DNA from: an uncultured Candidatus Poseidoniales archaeon | GTDB lineage: Archaea > Thermoplasmatota > Poseidoniia > Poseidoniales > Thalassarchaeaceae | Assembly: GCA_902511005.1 (NCBI GenBank) | Contig: CABXDN010000005.1 | Span: 9,707-73,706 of the forward strand | Length of the DNA: 64,000 bases | Direction: 5' to 3' | In this document: piece by piece, positions 53,422 through 62,837 of the stretch | Numbering within the stretch: position 1 is the first letter of the stretch | Layout of the letters: every line of letters begins with the position of its first letter | The notes under the pieces: generated by a model | Database searches by the model: none | What the model was told of the DNA's origin: nothing | Seen by the model: only the letters and a program-made list of their open reading frames with translations | Program-made: the position numbers and the translations under genes

Positions 53422-54351
53422 TTAAGATTTTAGTTCAGAAAGTGCTGATTTTAGTGCAGGAATTGCCTCTTCCCAAGTCGCAACAATCCCATAGTCTGCA
53501 ACACCAAAAATAGGTGCATCAGGATCTTTGTTGATTGCTAAGATGTATTTACTTGATCTCATACCTGCAAGATGTTGAATAGCTCCTGAAATCCCTACTG
53601 CGATATATAATGATGGAGTTACTGTTTTTCCAGTCTGTCCAACTTGCATTCTATGAGGCATTCCCCACTCGTCGACAACTGCTCTGCTAGCTCCTACCGC
53701 TGCATCTACAATATCTGCAATATCTTCTAGATGAGAAAAATTCTCTATTGTTCCCATTCCTCTTCCACCTGAGATGATAATATCTGCTTCTGTAACATCT
53801 AAGCGTTCACTTGCTTTGTTAATTGCTTCTTGAATTGATATTTTGATATCAGCAGACTGATTGACAGTATTGATAGGTGCTGCACCTCCCAATTCTGCTG
53901 CTTCAAATGCATTTGGTCTTAGCGTAATTACTGCATCTCCCGATACTGTCAGCGTTTCTACAGCTTTACCAGAATAGATAGGTCTTTTCACTATAATTCC
54001 TTCTGAAATGGATACAATATCTTGAATTATTGGTATGTTTCTCTTGGCCGCTAGTCTCGCACCAATTTCTCTACCATTCGGTGATGCTGAAATTAAAATT
54101 TTACCTTCGCATACAGTATTTAATGCAGTACTCCAAGCACCTCCATCAAAGATATCGAAGCAATCGCCGACTACAGAAATCACCTTCTCAACACCTTCTA
54201 TGCTCGCTGCTTCAGACTCTGCTTTGCCGTTTGGGCAAATAACTATTGATTTCGAACCAATACTAGATGCAGCACCAATTAACTGATATGTGGTGGGATG
54301 AAGATTTTCGCCATTTGTTTCTGCTATTATTGTAAAATTCATCATATTCAC
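53422..54351 (-). CDS. etfA: electron transfer flavoprotein alpha subunit
   Basis: IIISGGRGMG, PSLYIAVGISGAIQHLAGM and ILAINKDPDAPIF (FAD-binding C-terminal domain). Confidence 0.88.
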   Translation of the reverse strand: MNMMNFTIIAETNGENLHPTTYQLIGAASSIGSKSIVICPNGKAESEAASIEGVEKVISVVGDCFDIFDGGAWSTALNTVCEGKILISASPNGREIGARLAAKRNIPIIQDIVSISEGIIVKRPIYSGKAVETLTVSGDAVITLRPNAFEAAELGGAAPINTVNQSADIKISIQEAINKASERLDVTEADIIISGGRGMGTIENFSHLEDIADIVDAAVGASRAVVDEWGMPHRMQVGQTGKTVTPSLYIAVGISGAIQHLAGMRSSKYILAINKDPDAPIFGVADYGIVATWEEAIPALKSALSELKS

Positions 54352-54352
54352 C

Positions 54353-55108
54353 TCAAATTACATTTGCCTCATTACGTAGTTTGGAAACAACGGTAGACAC
54401 ATGTTCTGCCCCCTCAAATTTTTGACCAGCTGCTTTCTCAGGCGGTGGCATTTGTGAATCTAGATTAATATTTGAATTATTTAAATTAACGTCTAGATCG
54501 GATGAAGTAATTGATTCAATGTTCTTCTTCTTAGCCATCATAATTCCTCTGACATTTGGTCTTCTAAGTTCTACGGTTCCTTTGTCAAAAGCAAATACAC
54601 TAGTTCCTTGAGTGGATACTTTTTCAGAGCCAGTATTGCTGGGCCTCATTGTAATATATTTTCCATCAGTGTAATTCACTTCTGAAACCAAAGTTACACA
54701 TGTTGCCTCAAGTATTTCTGCAACTCCAGGGCCTGTAGAACCAGCATTAGTGTCTGCTGCTTGTTTACCACAAAGTACAACATCTGCCTCGTATTTCATA
54801 ATCGCTGCAGCTAATAGTTGCTGGACATGAGTGCTATCACTAACTCCTTCATCAGAAATGTGAACTAGAGTATCTGCTCCTACGGCAGCAGCGTCAGTAA
54901 GCATCTTCTTCGATCTGTCTGGGCCACAAGTAATTGCAATCAGAGCCCCTCCATTTTTCTCTTTCATCTGCAATCCAGATTCCAATGCATATTCATCATA
55001 TGGGCTCATAGACCATTTGCTGACTGAATTTTCATCAACTTTACCTCCAGATATTATTATTTTGGCGGTAGTGTCAGGTACCTGTTTTAGTAATACTGCG
55101 ATATTCAT
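54353..55108 (-). CDS. etfB: electron transfer flavoprotein beta subunit
   Basis: MNIAVLLKQVPD... is the typical EtfB N-terminus, and ATG 55108 follows GGAG/GAGGG-like elements. The track start at 55159 adds 17 non-conserved residues. Confidence 0.83.
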   Translation of the reverse strand: MNIAVLLKQVPDTTAKIIISGGKVDENSVSKWSMSPYDEYALESGLQMKEKNGGALIAITCGPDRSKKMLTDAAAVGADTLVHISDEGVSDSTHVQQLLAAAIMKYEADVVLCGKQAADTNAGSTGPGVAEILEATCVTLVSEVNYTDGKYITMRPSNTGSEKVSTQGTSVFAFDKGTVELRRPNVRGIMMAKKKNIESITSSDLDVNLNNSNINLDSQMPPPEKAAGQKFEGAEHVSTVVSKLRNEANVI

Positions 55109-55172
55109 ATTCAACCCTCTATTTTCTCCGAATGTTTTTTCATGTTTCAATTTAACCAATCAATCATTAGTC

Positions 55173-56354
55173 TTATGCTTCTCTTGTAAATGCTTGAATT
55201 CCCGTGATATGTCTTCCAATAATCAGATTATGTATATCATGTGTTCCTTCATATGTTTTTACTGATTCTAAATTTGCCATATGCCTCATAATAGGGTACT
55301 CATCTAATATTCCATTTGCACCATGGATATCTCTTGCAACTCTTGCAATCTCTAGAGCAATATCTACATTATTCATTTTTGCTAGTGAAATATGCTCTGG
55401 AATCCAAGTCCCAGCATCTTTCTTTTGTGCTAGATGATATGCTAATAACTGCCCTTTTGTAATTTCCCTCAACATCCAAGCTAATTTATTTTGGACGAGT
55501 TGGTAAGATGCTATAGGGTGATTAAATTGTATCCTACTCATAGCATATTCTTTGGCAGAATCGAAGCACGCCTGAGCCGAACCCAGTGCCCCCCAAGAGA
55601 TGCCGAATCTTGCATTATTTAGGCAAGAAAATGGACCTCTCAATCCCTTGACTCCCGGTAACATACGGTCTTTAGGTATCTTACAATCTTGGAATACTAA
55701 TTCGCTGGTGACACTTGCTTTGAGTGAGTGTTTACCTTTCATCTCAGGAGCAGAAAAACCTGGGTCATTTTTTTCAATGATGAACCCTCTGATTACACCA
55801 TCTAATTTCGCCCAAACTACTGCAACCTCTGCTATAGTCCCGTTTGTTATCCACATCTTAGCACCATTGATTAGATAATGATCTCCTTTATCTTCAGCCT
55901 TGGTAATCATATCGCCAGGATTTGAACCATAATCTGGTTCCGTTAATCCAAAACAACCTATCCATTCCCCACTTGCCATCTTTGGCAAATAATGATTCTT
56001 CTGTTCTTCACTACCAAAATCCCATATTGGGTACATTGCTAGAGATCCCTGTACACTTGCGAAGGATCTTAATCCACTGTCGCCTCTCTCAAGTTCTCTA
56101 CAAATTACTCCATAAGCTGCATATGAAAGTCCTGGACATCCGTATCCTTTCAGAGGTGCTCCTAGGACTCCCATCTCCCCCAAGGCTACTCTCCATTCGT
56201 CCGGAAATAACCCTTCTCTACACGCATTTTCGATGTTTGGTATAACTTCTTCATCAACCCAATCTCGTACCATGTCGCGGACCATTCTCTCTTCTTCACT
56301 CAATAAAGAGTCAACATCGTAGAAGTCTAATGCCTCATATGCCATAATTCTCAT
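55173..56354 (-). CDS. acyl-CoA dehydrogenase, glutaryl-CoA dehydrogenase-like
   Basis: GCFGLTEPDYGSNPGDM, ING(A)KMWITNG and TYEGTHDIHNLIIGRHITG. The N-terminal substrate region resembles GCDH. Confidence 0.78.
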   Translation of the reverse strand: MRIMAYEALDFYDVDSLLSEEERMVRDMVRDWVDEEVIPNIENACREGLFPDEWRVALGEMGVLGAPLKGYGCPGLSYAAYGVICRELERGDSGLRSFASVQGSLAMYPIWDFGSEEQKNHYLPKMASGEWIGCFGLTEPDYGSNPGDMITKAEDKGDHYLINGAKMWITNGTIAEVAVVWAKLDGVIRGFIIEKNDPGFSAPEMKGKHSLKASVTSELVFQDCKIPKDRMLPGVKGLRGPFSCLNNARFGISWGALGSAQACFDSAKEYAMSRIQFNHPIASYQLVQNKLAWMLREITKGQLLAYHLAQKKDAGTWIPEHISLAKMNNVDIALEIARVARDIHGANGILDEYPIMRHMANLESVKTYEGTHDIHNLIIGRHITGIQAFTREA

Positions 56355-56413
56355 CCACCGGCAATAATCGGTGCCACATGAATGTTCCTAATTGAGCCAG
56401 TAGATTTGGAGAG

Positions 56414-57625
56414 TTATCTTTTCCTTCGCCCTTTCCTTTTTGCATCTATTTTCTCTTGCTTATTACCAAATTTCATAGTCATCCAATGTTGCATTTTCGG
56501 TGACGCAGTATAAACTAGAGTTATTATCAGCATTACTATAGTTAATGGTATTAAGAATCCTATAAATCCGCTAAGTACTATTCCAATTCCTCCCGATTCT
56601 TCTGTTGAGTGGAACTCTATCATTGTACCACGGCTAGTAATTAGCCATCCACTATCTTTCCCTGTATTCCATGACCCAACAATTCTCTCTCCAGAAATCG
56701 TAACATCGAAAGATTGTGCATCTTCATTATCTAACCAAGGATATGTCGCATTTTCTTTGATATTGTGTTCAAGTAGAGCAAAAGGTGCAACGATAATTAA
56801 TGACCTTGCATCTTCTTGATGGCTTAGATAAGTGAATTTACCCTCTACTCCTTTGATGTCGCTAACTGATAATTTACTTTCGAGTGCTCCTGCTGTATGT
56901 AGTTCAATCATACCAACTTGTTGATCACTAGATACTGATACGCAATATTGGATGTAATTTGTGGGGCACATCACACTAGTCCAAGGATAGAAACTTCCTC
57001 CAATCCAAGTGAGAATATGGTCTCTATCAATTATCCCAATCCCATCAGTTGATGATGATATTACGCAAAGCATGAGGTCATTGTGACAGTCAATACTCGT
57101 GATATCACCTTCTCCTCTTCCATCTATCAGATGTGTTTCAAGCCCTCCATCTCCTTCGGCCCTAATGCGCCATAACCACCCATCATCTCCACCTACGTAG
57201 GCCCAAGAACCAGCAGTATTCCAAGAAACGGCTGTTAATTGTGTCTGACCAAAGTTTAGTTGTTCGCCAGCTTGAGTTAGAGAATAATCATCAGATGCAT
57301 AGCGGAGTACCATCCCCTCATCTCCAACTAAGAAAGCAGTCCCTCCTCCAGGATGCCAATCTGCATCTCTCATTGTTTGTTTATCTGTTGCAGAGAGTGG
57401 AATCTGTATTTCGGGTCTATTTGCGAATATAATTTCTGCATAACCTCCATCGCCATAACTCAAAATCCGGTTTCCCTCGGGATTCTCTGCTACTCCTTGA
57501 ATTCCTAAATCATTTTCGCGAGATATTATTGTGTCTAACTCTACGGCCGAATCGGCACAAACTATTGGTGAAGCCAATACAGTCATCATCACAGCGACCA
57601 TTAGCACTGCCCGCCTTACTCTCAT
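56414..57625 (-). CDS. hypothetical secreted beta-propeller-like protein with C-terminal TM anchor and basic tail
   Basis: Signal-like MVAVMMTVLASPIVCA. Repeated G-x-x-G-W/W-x-Y-V-G-G-D-D-G blades. C-terminal TM GFIGFLIPLTIVMLIITLVY plus KRKGRRKR. Confidence 0.45.
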   Translation of the reverse strand: MRVRRAVLMVAVMMTVLASPIVCADSAVELDTIISRENDLGIQGVAENPEGNRILSYGDGGYAEIIFANRPEIQIPLSATDKQTMRDADWHPGGGTAFLVGDEGMVLRYASDDYSLTQAGEQLNFGQTQLTAVSWNTAGSWAYVGGDDGWLWRIRAEGDGGLETHLIDGRGEGDITSIDCHNDLMLCVISSSTDGIGIIDRDHILTWIGGSFYPWTSVMCPTNYIQYCVSVSSDQQVGMIELHTAGALESKLSVSDIKGVEGKFTYLSHQEDARSLIIVAPFALLEHNIKENATYPWLDNEDAQSFDVTISGERIVGSWNTGKDSGWLITSRGTMIEFHSTEESGGIGIVLSGFIGFLIPLTIVMLIITLVYTASPKMQHWMTMKFGNKQEKIDAKRKGRRKR

Positions 57626-57726
57626 AGTAGTCCGAATACGAACATAGGTTTAGCCCTGTTTAATAGCCCTTCAGATGTTATCTTTCCCTCGTAGTATTGA
57701 ATAAGCAATTACTGCGCGCATGACTT

Positions 57727-58242
57727 ATGGAGAGATTCGACGTTAAGCGAGGATTGATGAAACAAATTATGGCAGATGGTGGATTAGCGGTATTAGGGAA
57801 GAAATATTTTGATACGGTTGAAGCAGAGGGAAAGACCTCTTTTTCAGGTTCTCATGATATTATGACCTCCATTAAGGCACATTTTTCTGAAAACGGTGCT
57901 TTAGTAATCGATGTCAAAAATATCCCTCCTAATTTTGATGATCCGGAAGCAATGAAAATTGCTCAGGATAGTCGTAGAAGATGGACTCAATTTTTAGATG
58001 AAGCAACAGGATATAACTCTAAACAACGAGGAGATAAAGCCAAAGAATGGGCTAAAAAAGCATCCAAGGCTAAATCGGCGGTTAGCGCCGCTAGACATTT
58101 CATGAAGATGTCTTCTAACGTTACGGAAGAGGTTCAAGAACTGGCTGAATCTTTAATTCAAGAAATCGAGTCAGCATTGGAACAGGGTGAAAATACTAGA
58201 GCTGCCGGTCGTGGCGAGAAATTAGATAAATTATTCAAATAA
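57727..58242 (+). CDS. conserved-archaeal-type hypothetical protein (DUF5611-like, tentative)
   Basis: RRRWTQFLDEATGYNSKQRGDKAKE resembles the FLE..TGY.AKER.K block I recall for that family. Weak call. Confidence 0.4.
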   Translation: MERFDVKRGLMKQIMADGGLAVLGKKYFDTVEAEGKTSFSGSHDIMTSIKAHFSENGALVIDVKNIPPNFDDPEAMKIAQDSRRRWTQFLDEATGYNSKQRGDKAKEWAKKASKAKSAVSAARHFMKMSSNVTEEVQELAESLIQEIESALEQGENTRAAGRGEKLDKLFK

Positions 58243-58251
58243 GGTGATTTA

Positions 58252-59370
58252 GTGAGTAAACCTGATCCTCTATCACTTCTTGATGATGAGGCACGAAGTA
58301 AGATAGAGAGAATGTTTAGCAGTTGTGAGGAAGTAGTCGGAATAAATCATGTTGCTAAGGTTCTGTCTGGAAAACCGACACACTCGGGAGATAATCAGTT
58401 GAACGCATATATCGGTCTTGAACCAAGTGGCAAGGCTCATTTGGGTTGGATGATTCTTGCTGAAACTATGAGTAATATGCTTGATGAAGGCGTCAATATC
58501 ACTATTCTATTAGCTGACTGGCACGCTTGGGTCAATGATAAATTTTCGAGAGATATGGAAAAAATTTCACTGGCAGCAGATTATATGTCTGAAGTATTCA
58601 GAGTATTATTAGGCAATCCTTCAGAAGGAACTGGTCCTGGTGAGATTAGATTCATTCGTGCTTCAGAAATGATGGATTCAGGTAAGTACTGGGAACGAGT
58701 CTTGAGATGTTCAAAAAATATGAGTCTATCTCGTGTAAGAAGAACATTCAGTATTATGGGCAGAGATGAAGATTCATCCGATCATGACTTGTCAGCGTTT
58801 TTTTATCCAGCTTTGCAATCAGCAGATATATTCGAATTAGAAATTGACATCGCATTAGGTGGTATGGATCAGAGGAAAGCACATATGTACATGCGTGAAG
58901 TAGCTGATAGGAACAAATGGGTCAAAGCAACTTGTATTCACACCCCTATGTTATCTGGATTAAAAGGCGCTGGTGGAAGGATGGACTCTTATGATCATAA
59001 GATGTCTAAATCAGATCCTAATAATGCTATACTGTTACATGACACTCCAAAGAAATTAGATAAAAAAATGCGTAAAGCATTTTTAGAGGTTGGAAATGAT
59101 AATTCTGCTATATTTGAAATTGCAAGATATATTTTATTTCCAAGGCTAGGTATTCTGAAAGTAAATCCTAAGCCTGAGTTTGGCCAGCCTTCTGAATGGA
59201 ACGACATTGCCTCCTTTATTTCAGCCATAAATGATGGAAGTATTCATCCATTTGATGCTAAAATGGCTATTTCTAGGGGTTTGGAAGAAGTATTGGCGCC
59301 TATTTCTGAACATTTCTCGGATAAGCCCGAGATATTAGATGCCATGAATTTAATCACTGGCTCTCAGTAA
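58252..59370 (+). CDS. tyrS: tyrosyl-tRNA synthetase (archaeal type with WHA-x-x-NDK variant)
   Basis: Class I HIGH-type YIGLEPSGKAHLGW. LLADWHAWVNDKF resembles the Aeropyrum-type TyrRS. Also KMSKS. GTG start preceded by AGGTGAT. Confidence 0.78.
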   Translation: MSKPDPLSLLDDEARSKIERMFSSCEEVVGINHVAKVLSGKPTHSGDNQLNAYIGLEPSGKAHLGWMILAETMSNMLDEGVNITILLADWHAWVNDKFSRDMEKISLAADYMSEVFRVLLGNPSEGTGPGEIRFIRASEMMDSGKYWERVLRCSKNMSLSRVRRTFSIMGRDEDSSDHDLSAFFYPALQSADIFELEIDIALGGMDQRKAHMYMREVADRNKWVKATCIHTPMLSGLKGAGGRMDSYDHKMSKSDPNNAILLHDTPKKLDKKMRKAFLEVGNDNSAIFEIARYILFPRLGILKVNPKPEFGQPSEWNDIASFISAINDGSIHPFDAKMAISRGLEEVLAPISEHFSDKPEILDAMNLITGSQ

Positions 59371-59457
59371 AGCGTTTTGATAATTGCCCGCTTACACCTA
59401 ATATCGTAGTAGGTATCATAACCCTCTTTCCTTGCGCCAAGGTTCGGAGGAGTTGTA

Positions 59458-61011
59458 ATGACAGAGGTAGGAATTGACGATATAGCAATACATTTCCCTA
59501 AATTATATTTTGATATGGAAGATTTTGCAGAATTTCGTGGAGCGGATTTCGGTAAATTAAATCGAGGTTTAGGTTTGAAAGCAATGGCAATACCAGATGT
59601 ACACGAGGATACTGCAACTATGGGCGCTAATGCCTGTGCTCGCTTAATAGATAGAAATAATCTCGACCCTAATAAAATAGGTAGAATTTACCTTGGTACT
59701 GAATCAGCACTTGATGGTGCCAAGCCTACTGCGACGTATATAATGGATATGTTAGAGCAAAGATATCAGAGCGAATATGGGGTAGACTGCTTTAGAAATT
59801 GCGACGTTGTGGATTTGACATTTGCCTGCATCGGAGCTGTCGATGCTATGCATAATACTCTAGATTGGGTCGCAAGAGGTGGAGAGTCACAAGATAGAAT
59901 TGGGGTCGTAGTATTCGCGGACAATGCAAAATATGATCTTGAATCATCAGGTGAATATACTCAAGGTGCTGGTGGTGGCGCTATTCTAATACGTCATAAT
60001 CCTAGGTTAATTGTAATCCCAGATAATTGGGGTGTGTCAACAATGCCTGTCCACGACTTCTTCAAGCCTAGAAGAGAAGTTGATATGAAAACCGTCGTAG
60101 AAAATGTTCTCGATCTAGCCGAAGAAGCCGGAGAAGAGCCAAGAAAAGCAGGTTTAGTAGAGAAAATTCTCGATATCTTGCCTCTATCCTCTTTGAAAGA
60201 TAATATTCTATTCGAATCTAAAACTTTGAAAATTCACAAAGACACTCCTGTATTTGACGGTCAGTTTTCAAATCGTTGTTATTCTGAATCAGTTAAGCAG
60301 GCTTTCATTAATTTTAGAATCGAAGCAATACGGTCAGGTCGTTATAATCCCGAAAATGACGAGATCCTTACAAATCAGTGGAAAAGAATAATTGTGCATC
60401 TCCCGTATGCTTTCCAAGGAAAAAGAATGTTTCCCGATGTTTTCAGACATGATCGTAGACACTTACCAATGTGGAATGAGATAATTCAGGAAATTGGTGA
60501 AGAACCGTTTCCTGAGAATTTTGAAGATACTCGAGAGGGTTATGAGGAGTTCGAGAAAGCAAATGATCAATATAGGAGGCTTATTTCTAAGACTCCAATG
60601 TTTAAGAAATTTGTTGAAGCAAGAATTGAGAAGGCTCAGCGTGCCTCTAGTCTTGTAGGGAACCAATATACTGGGTCAATTTTTCTTGCCTTGATGTCAA
60701 CAATTGAATCGGACTTTTTGGAGAATGAGGTTATGGCTGGTGAAAGAATAGGTCTTTGTGGCTATGGGTCGGGAGCTAAGGCAAAAGTGTTTGAGGGAAT
60801 AGTTCAACCTAATTGGGAAGACGTTGCAATCAAGTTTAATCTATTTTCTAGGCTTACTGAAAGACATCCAATTGACAAAGAAATTTATGAATCGCTCCAC
60901 CGAGGTTCTCAGAAGCAATCAGTTGTTCAGCCTAAAAATGAATTTGCATTAATATCAATTGGTGGTACTGATGTCTTAGAAGGTCAGAGAAAATACTCTT
61001 GGGTTGAATAA
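59458..61011 (+). CDS. hydroxymethylglutaryl-CoA synthase family condensing enzyme (long, 517 aa form)
   Basis: GTESALDGAKP, DLTFACIGAVDAM (Cys), PVFDGQFSNRCY, VHLPYAFQGKRM (His) and GNQYTGSIFLAL (Asn). GGAGG lies 7 nt upstream of the ATG. Confidence 0.72.
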   Translation: MTEVGIDDIAIHFPKLYFDMEDFAEFRGADFGKLNRGLGLKAMAIPDVHEDTATMGANACARLIDRNNLDPNKIGRIYLGTESALDGAKPTATYIMDMLEQRYQSEYGVDCFRNCDVVDLTFACIGAVDAMHNTLDWVARGGESQDRIGVVVFADNAKYDLESSGEYTQGAGGGAILIRHNPRLIVIPDNWGVSTMPVHDFFKPRREVDMKTVVENVLDLAEEAGEEPRKAGLVEKILDILPLSSLKDNILFESKTLKIHKDTPVFDGQFSNRCYSESVKQAFINFRIEAIRSGRYNPENDEILTNQWKRIIVHLPYAFQGKRMFPDVFRHDRRHLPMWNEIIQEIGEEPFPENFEDTREGYEEFEKANDQYRRLISKTPMFKKFVEARIEKAQRASSLVGNQYTGSIFLALMSTIESDFLENEVMAGERIGLCGYGSGAKAKVFEGIVQPNWEDVAIKFNLFSRLTERHPIDKEIYESLHRGSQKQSVVQPKNEFALISIGGTDVLEGQRKYSWVE

Positions 61012-61033
61012 TTTTTTTAAAAATTATATTTAT

Positions 61034-62206
61034 TCAAGGTTTGATGGCCCTGTTTATTACTATTCGTTGTACTTCTTGTGTGCCTTCATAAATTTGAGTT
61101 ATTTTAGCATCTCTGAAGAATCTCTCGACAGGGAAATCAGTAGTATAACCATATCCTCCAAGTATTTGTACGGCTCTCTCAGAAACCCACATTGCGGTGT
61201 CGCCTGCGAATAATTTAGCCATACTCGCTTCCTTTGTATGTCTCTTTCCTCCATCTTCATAGTGTTTCTGTTTAGCCCATGCTGCTTTGTAGACCATCAT
61301 TCTAGCGGCTTCAGTTTGGGTAGCCATATCTGCAAGATAATTCCCAATGCTTTGATGATATGAGATCGGTTTTCCGAAAGCCAATCTTTCATGAGAGTAG
61401 TTTAATGCTGATTCGAATGCCCCTTGAGCTATTCCCAACGCTTGTGCAGCTATTCCAATTCTAGAATTATCTAATGCATTCATGGCGATAGGAAAACCTT
61501 CTCCTACTTCTTTCAATACATTTTCTACAGGTACTTTGCAGTTTTCTAATAATAAAACACATGTGTCAGAAGACCTTATCCCTAATTTTTCTTCCTTTTT
61601 ACCTACTGTGAATCCTTCCATTGATGAATCAACTATGAAAGCAGTAGTGCCACCATGTTTCTTTACACCATAATCAGGATGATCTATGTCCTTTGCGAAT
61701 AAAACATAAATGTCTGCACTTTTCCCATTTGTAACCCACATTTTTTCACCATTTATGATGAAATGTTTCCCATCTTCTGATAATTTAGCTTTACAAACCA
61801 TTGCGGCTGCATCTGTGCCCGCTCCTGCTTCAGAAAGAGAATAAGCGCCGATTTCATTACCTGCAAGTCTTGTCAAGTATTCTTCTTTTTGTTTTTCATT
61901 TCCATGAAGTGCTATAGTTTTGGCACACAATCCTACATGGACACAATACATTACTGAAAATGAGGGGTCTACTCTTGCGAGTTCCTCGATGATTATTGCT
62001 TCTGAAATATCATCCACTGGGCTACCTCCAAATTTTTCTGGAATAGTGATGCCCTGCAAGCCATATTCGCAAAATTTCTTCCATTCTTCCAGAGGTGGTA
62101 AAGCATTCCTATCACGCTCTAAACATGTAGGGGCTAGTACCTCCTCTGCAAAGCTACGAACCATCTCTCGAATCATGCTTTGTTCTTCTGTTTCCATGAA
62201 CTCCAT
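61034..62206 (-). CDS. acyl-CoA dehydrogenase (short/medium-chain type)
   Basis: AYSLSEAGAGTDAAAM, INGEKMWVTNG and TQIYEGTQEVQRIVINRAI. Confidence 0.9.
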   Translation of the reverse strand: MEFMETEEQSMIREMVRSFAEEVLAPTCLERDRNALPPLEEWKKFCEYGLQGITIPEKFGGSPVDDISEAIIIEELARVDPSFSVMYCVHVGLCAKTIALHGNEKQKEEYLTRLAGNEIGAYSLSEAGAGTDAAAMVCKAKLSEDGKHFIINGEKMWVTNGKSADIYVLFAKDIDHPDYGVKKHGGTTAFIVDSSMEGFTVGKKEEKLGIRSSDTCVLLLENCKVPVENVLKEVGEGFPIAMNALDNSRIGIAAQALGIAQGAFESALNYSHERLAFGKPISYHQSIGNYLADMATQTEAARMMVYKAAWAKQKHYEDGGKRHTKEASMAKLFAGDTAMWVSERAVQILGGYGYTTDFPVERFFRDAKITQIYEGTQEVQRIVINRAIKP

Positions 62207-62327
62207 TATCTCACCTAACGCTGCGAAGTCAATGGTGTTGTTAATGTCTCGTAATGAGAAATGTTACAACATCTTCCAATAGAAGAATTGAAAACGGTCG
62301 TCAGTTGGGCGCAGGTCGAGAATTAGT

Positions 62328-62837
62328 ATGGCGGATAGCGATTATTACGAATTTGGCGTAGCACATGGACGAAAATATACTCTCGAACATCTTTGGTTAC
62401 AAGTATTAGATGTAAAGAAAGCCGATTCTCAAATTAAGATTGGATTAAGTGAGTTTGTTAGGGCAGAATACGGAGATATTGTCCGAGTAATTCTAACAAA
62501 ACCTGAAGATGATACAGAGTTTAAATCTGAAGATTCAGATGCTGATGAAGATGACACCCATCAAGATGATGATGCGGCTACTCCTATGACTAGTGGTGAC
62601 GAAGTCGGACTTGATGATCTACTGCTTCAGATAACTACAGAACATGATAAATTATCTATAAATGCTCCATTCCCCTGTAAAATTGTGTCGTTAAATGGAG
62701 ATATTGAGGATAATCCTGATCTTGTTAATGATGATGCTTATGCTGATGGTTGGTGTGTTATTGTTCAACCTCATGAGTTTGATCCGGATCAATTTTTAGA
62801 TGAACAAGAGTATATTGAATATCTAAATGAAGTTTGA
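62328..62837 (+). CDS. glycine-cleavage H-protein-like (lipoyl-domain fold) protein with a poly-acidic insertion
   Basis: YTLEHLWLQV...IKIGLSEFVRAEYGDIVRV and ...INAPFPCKIVSLNGDIEDNPDLVNDDAYADGWCVIVQ parallel GcvH (Y.KEHEW..VGIT..AQ..LGD.V.V..P and APVSG.V..VN..L...PELVN..PY..GW). About 35 acidic residues are inserted between the two halves. Confidence 0.58.
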   Translation: MADSDYYEFGVAHGRKYTLEHLWLQVLDVKKADSQIKIGLSEFVRAEYGDIVRVILTKPEDDTEFKSEDSDADEDDTHQDDDAATPMTSGDEVGLDDLLLQITTEHDKLSINAPFPCKIVSLNGDIEDNPDLVNDDAYADGWCVIVQPHEFDPDQFLDEQEYIEYLNEV

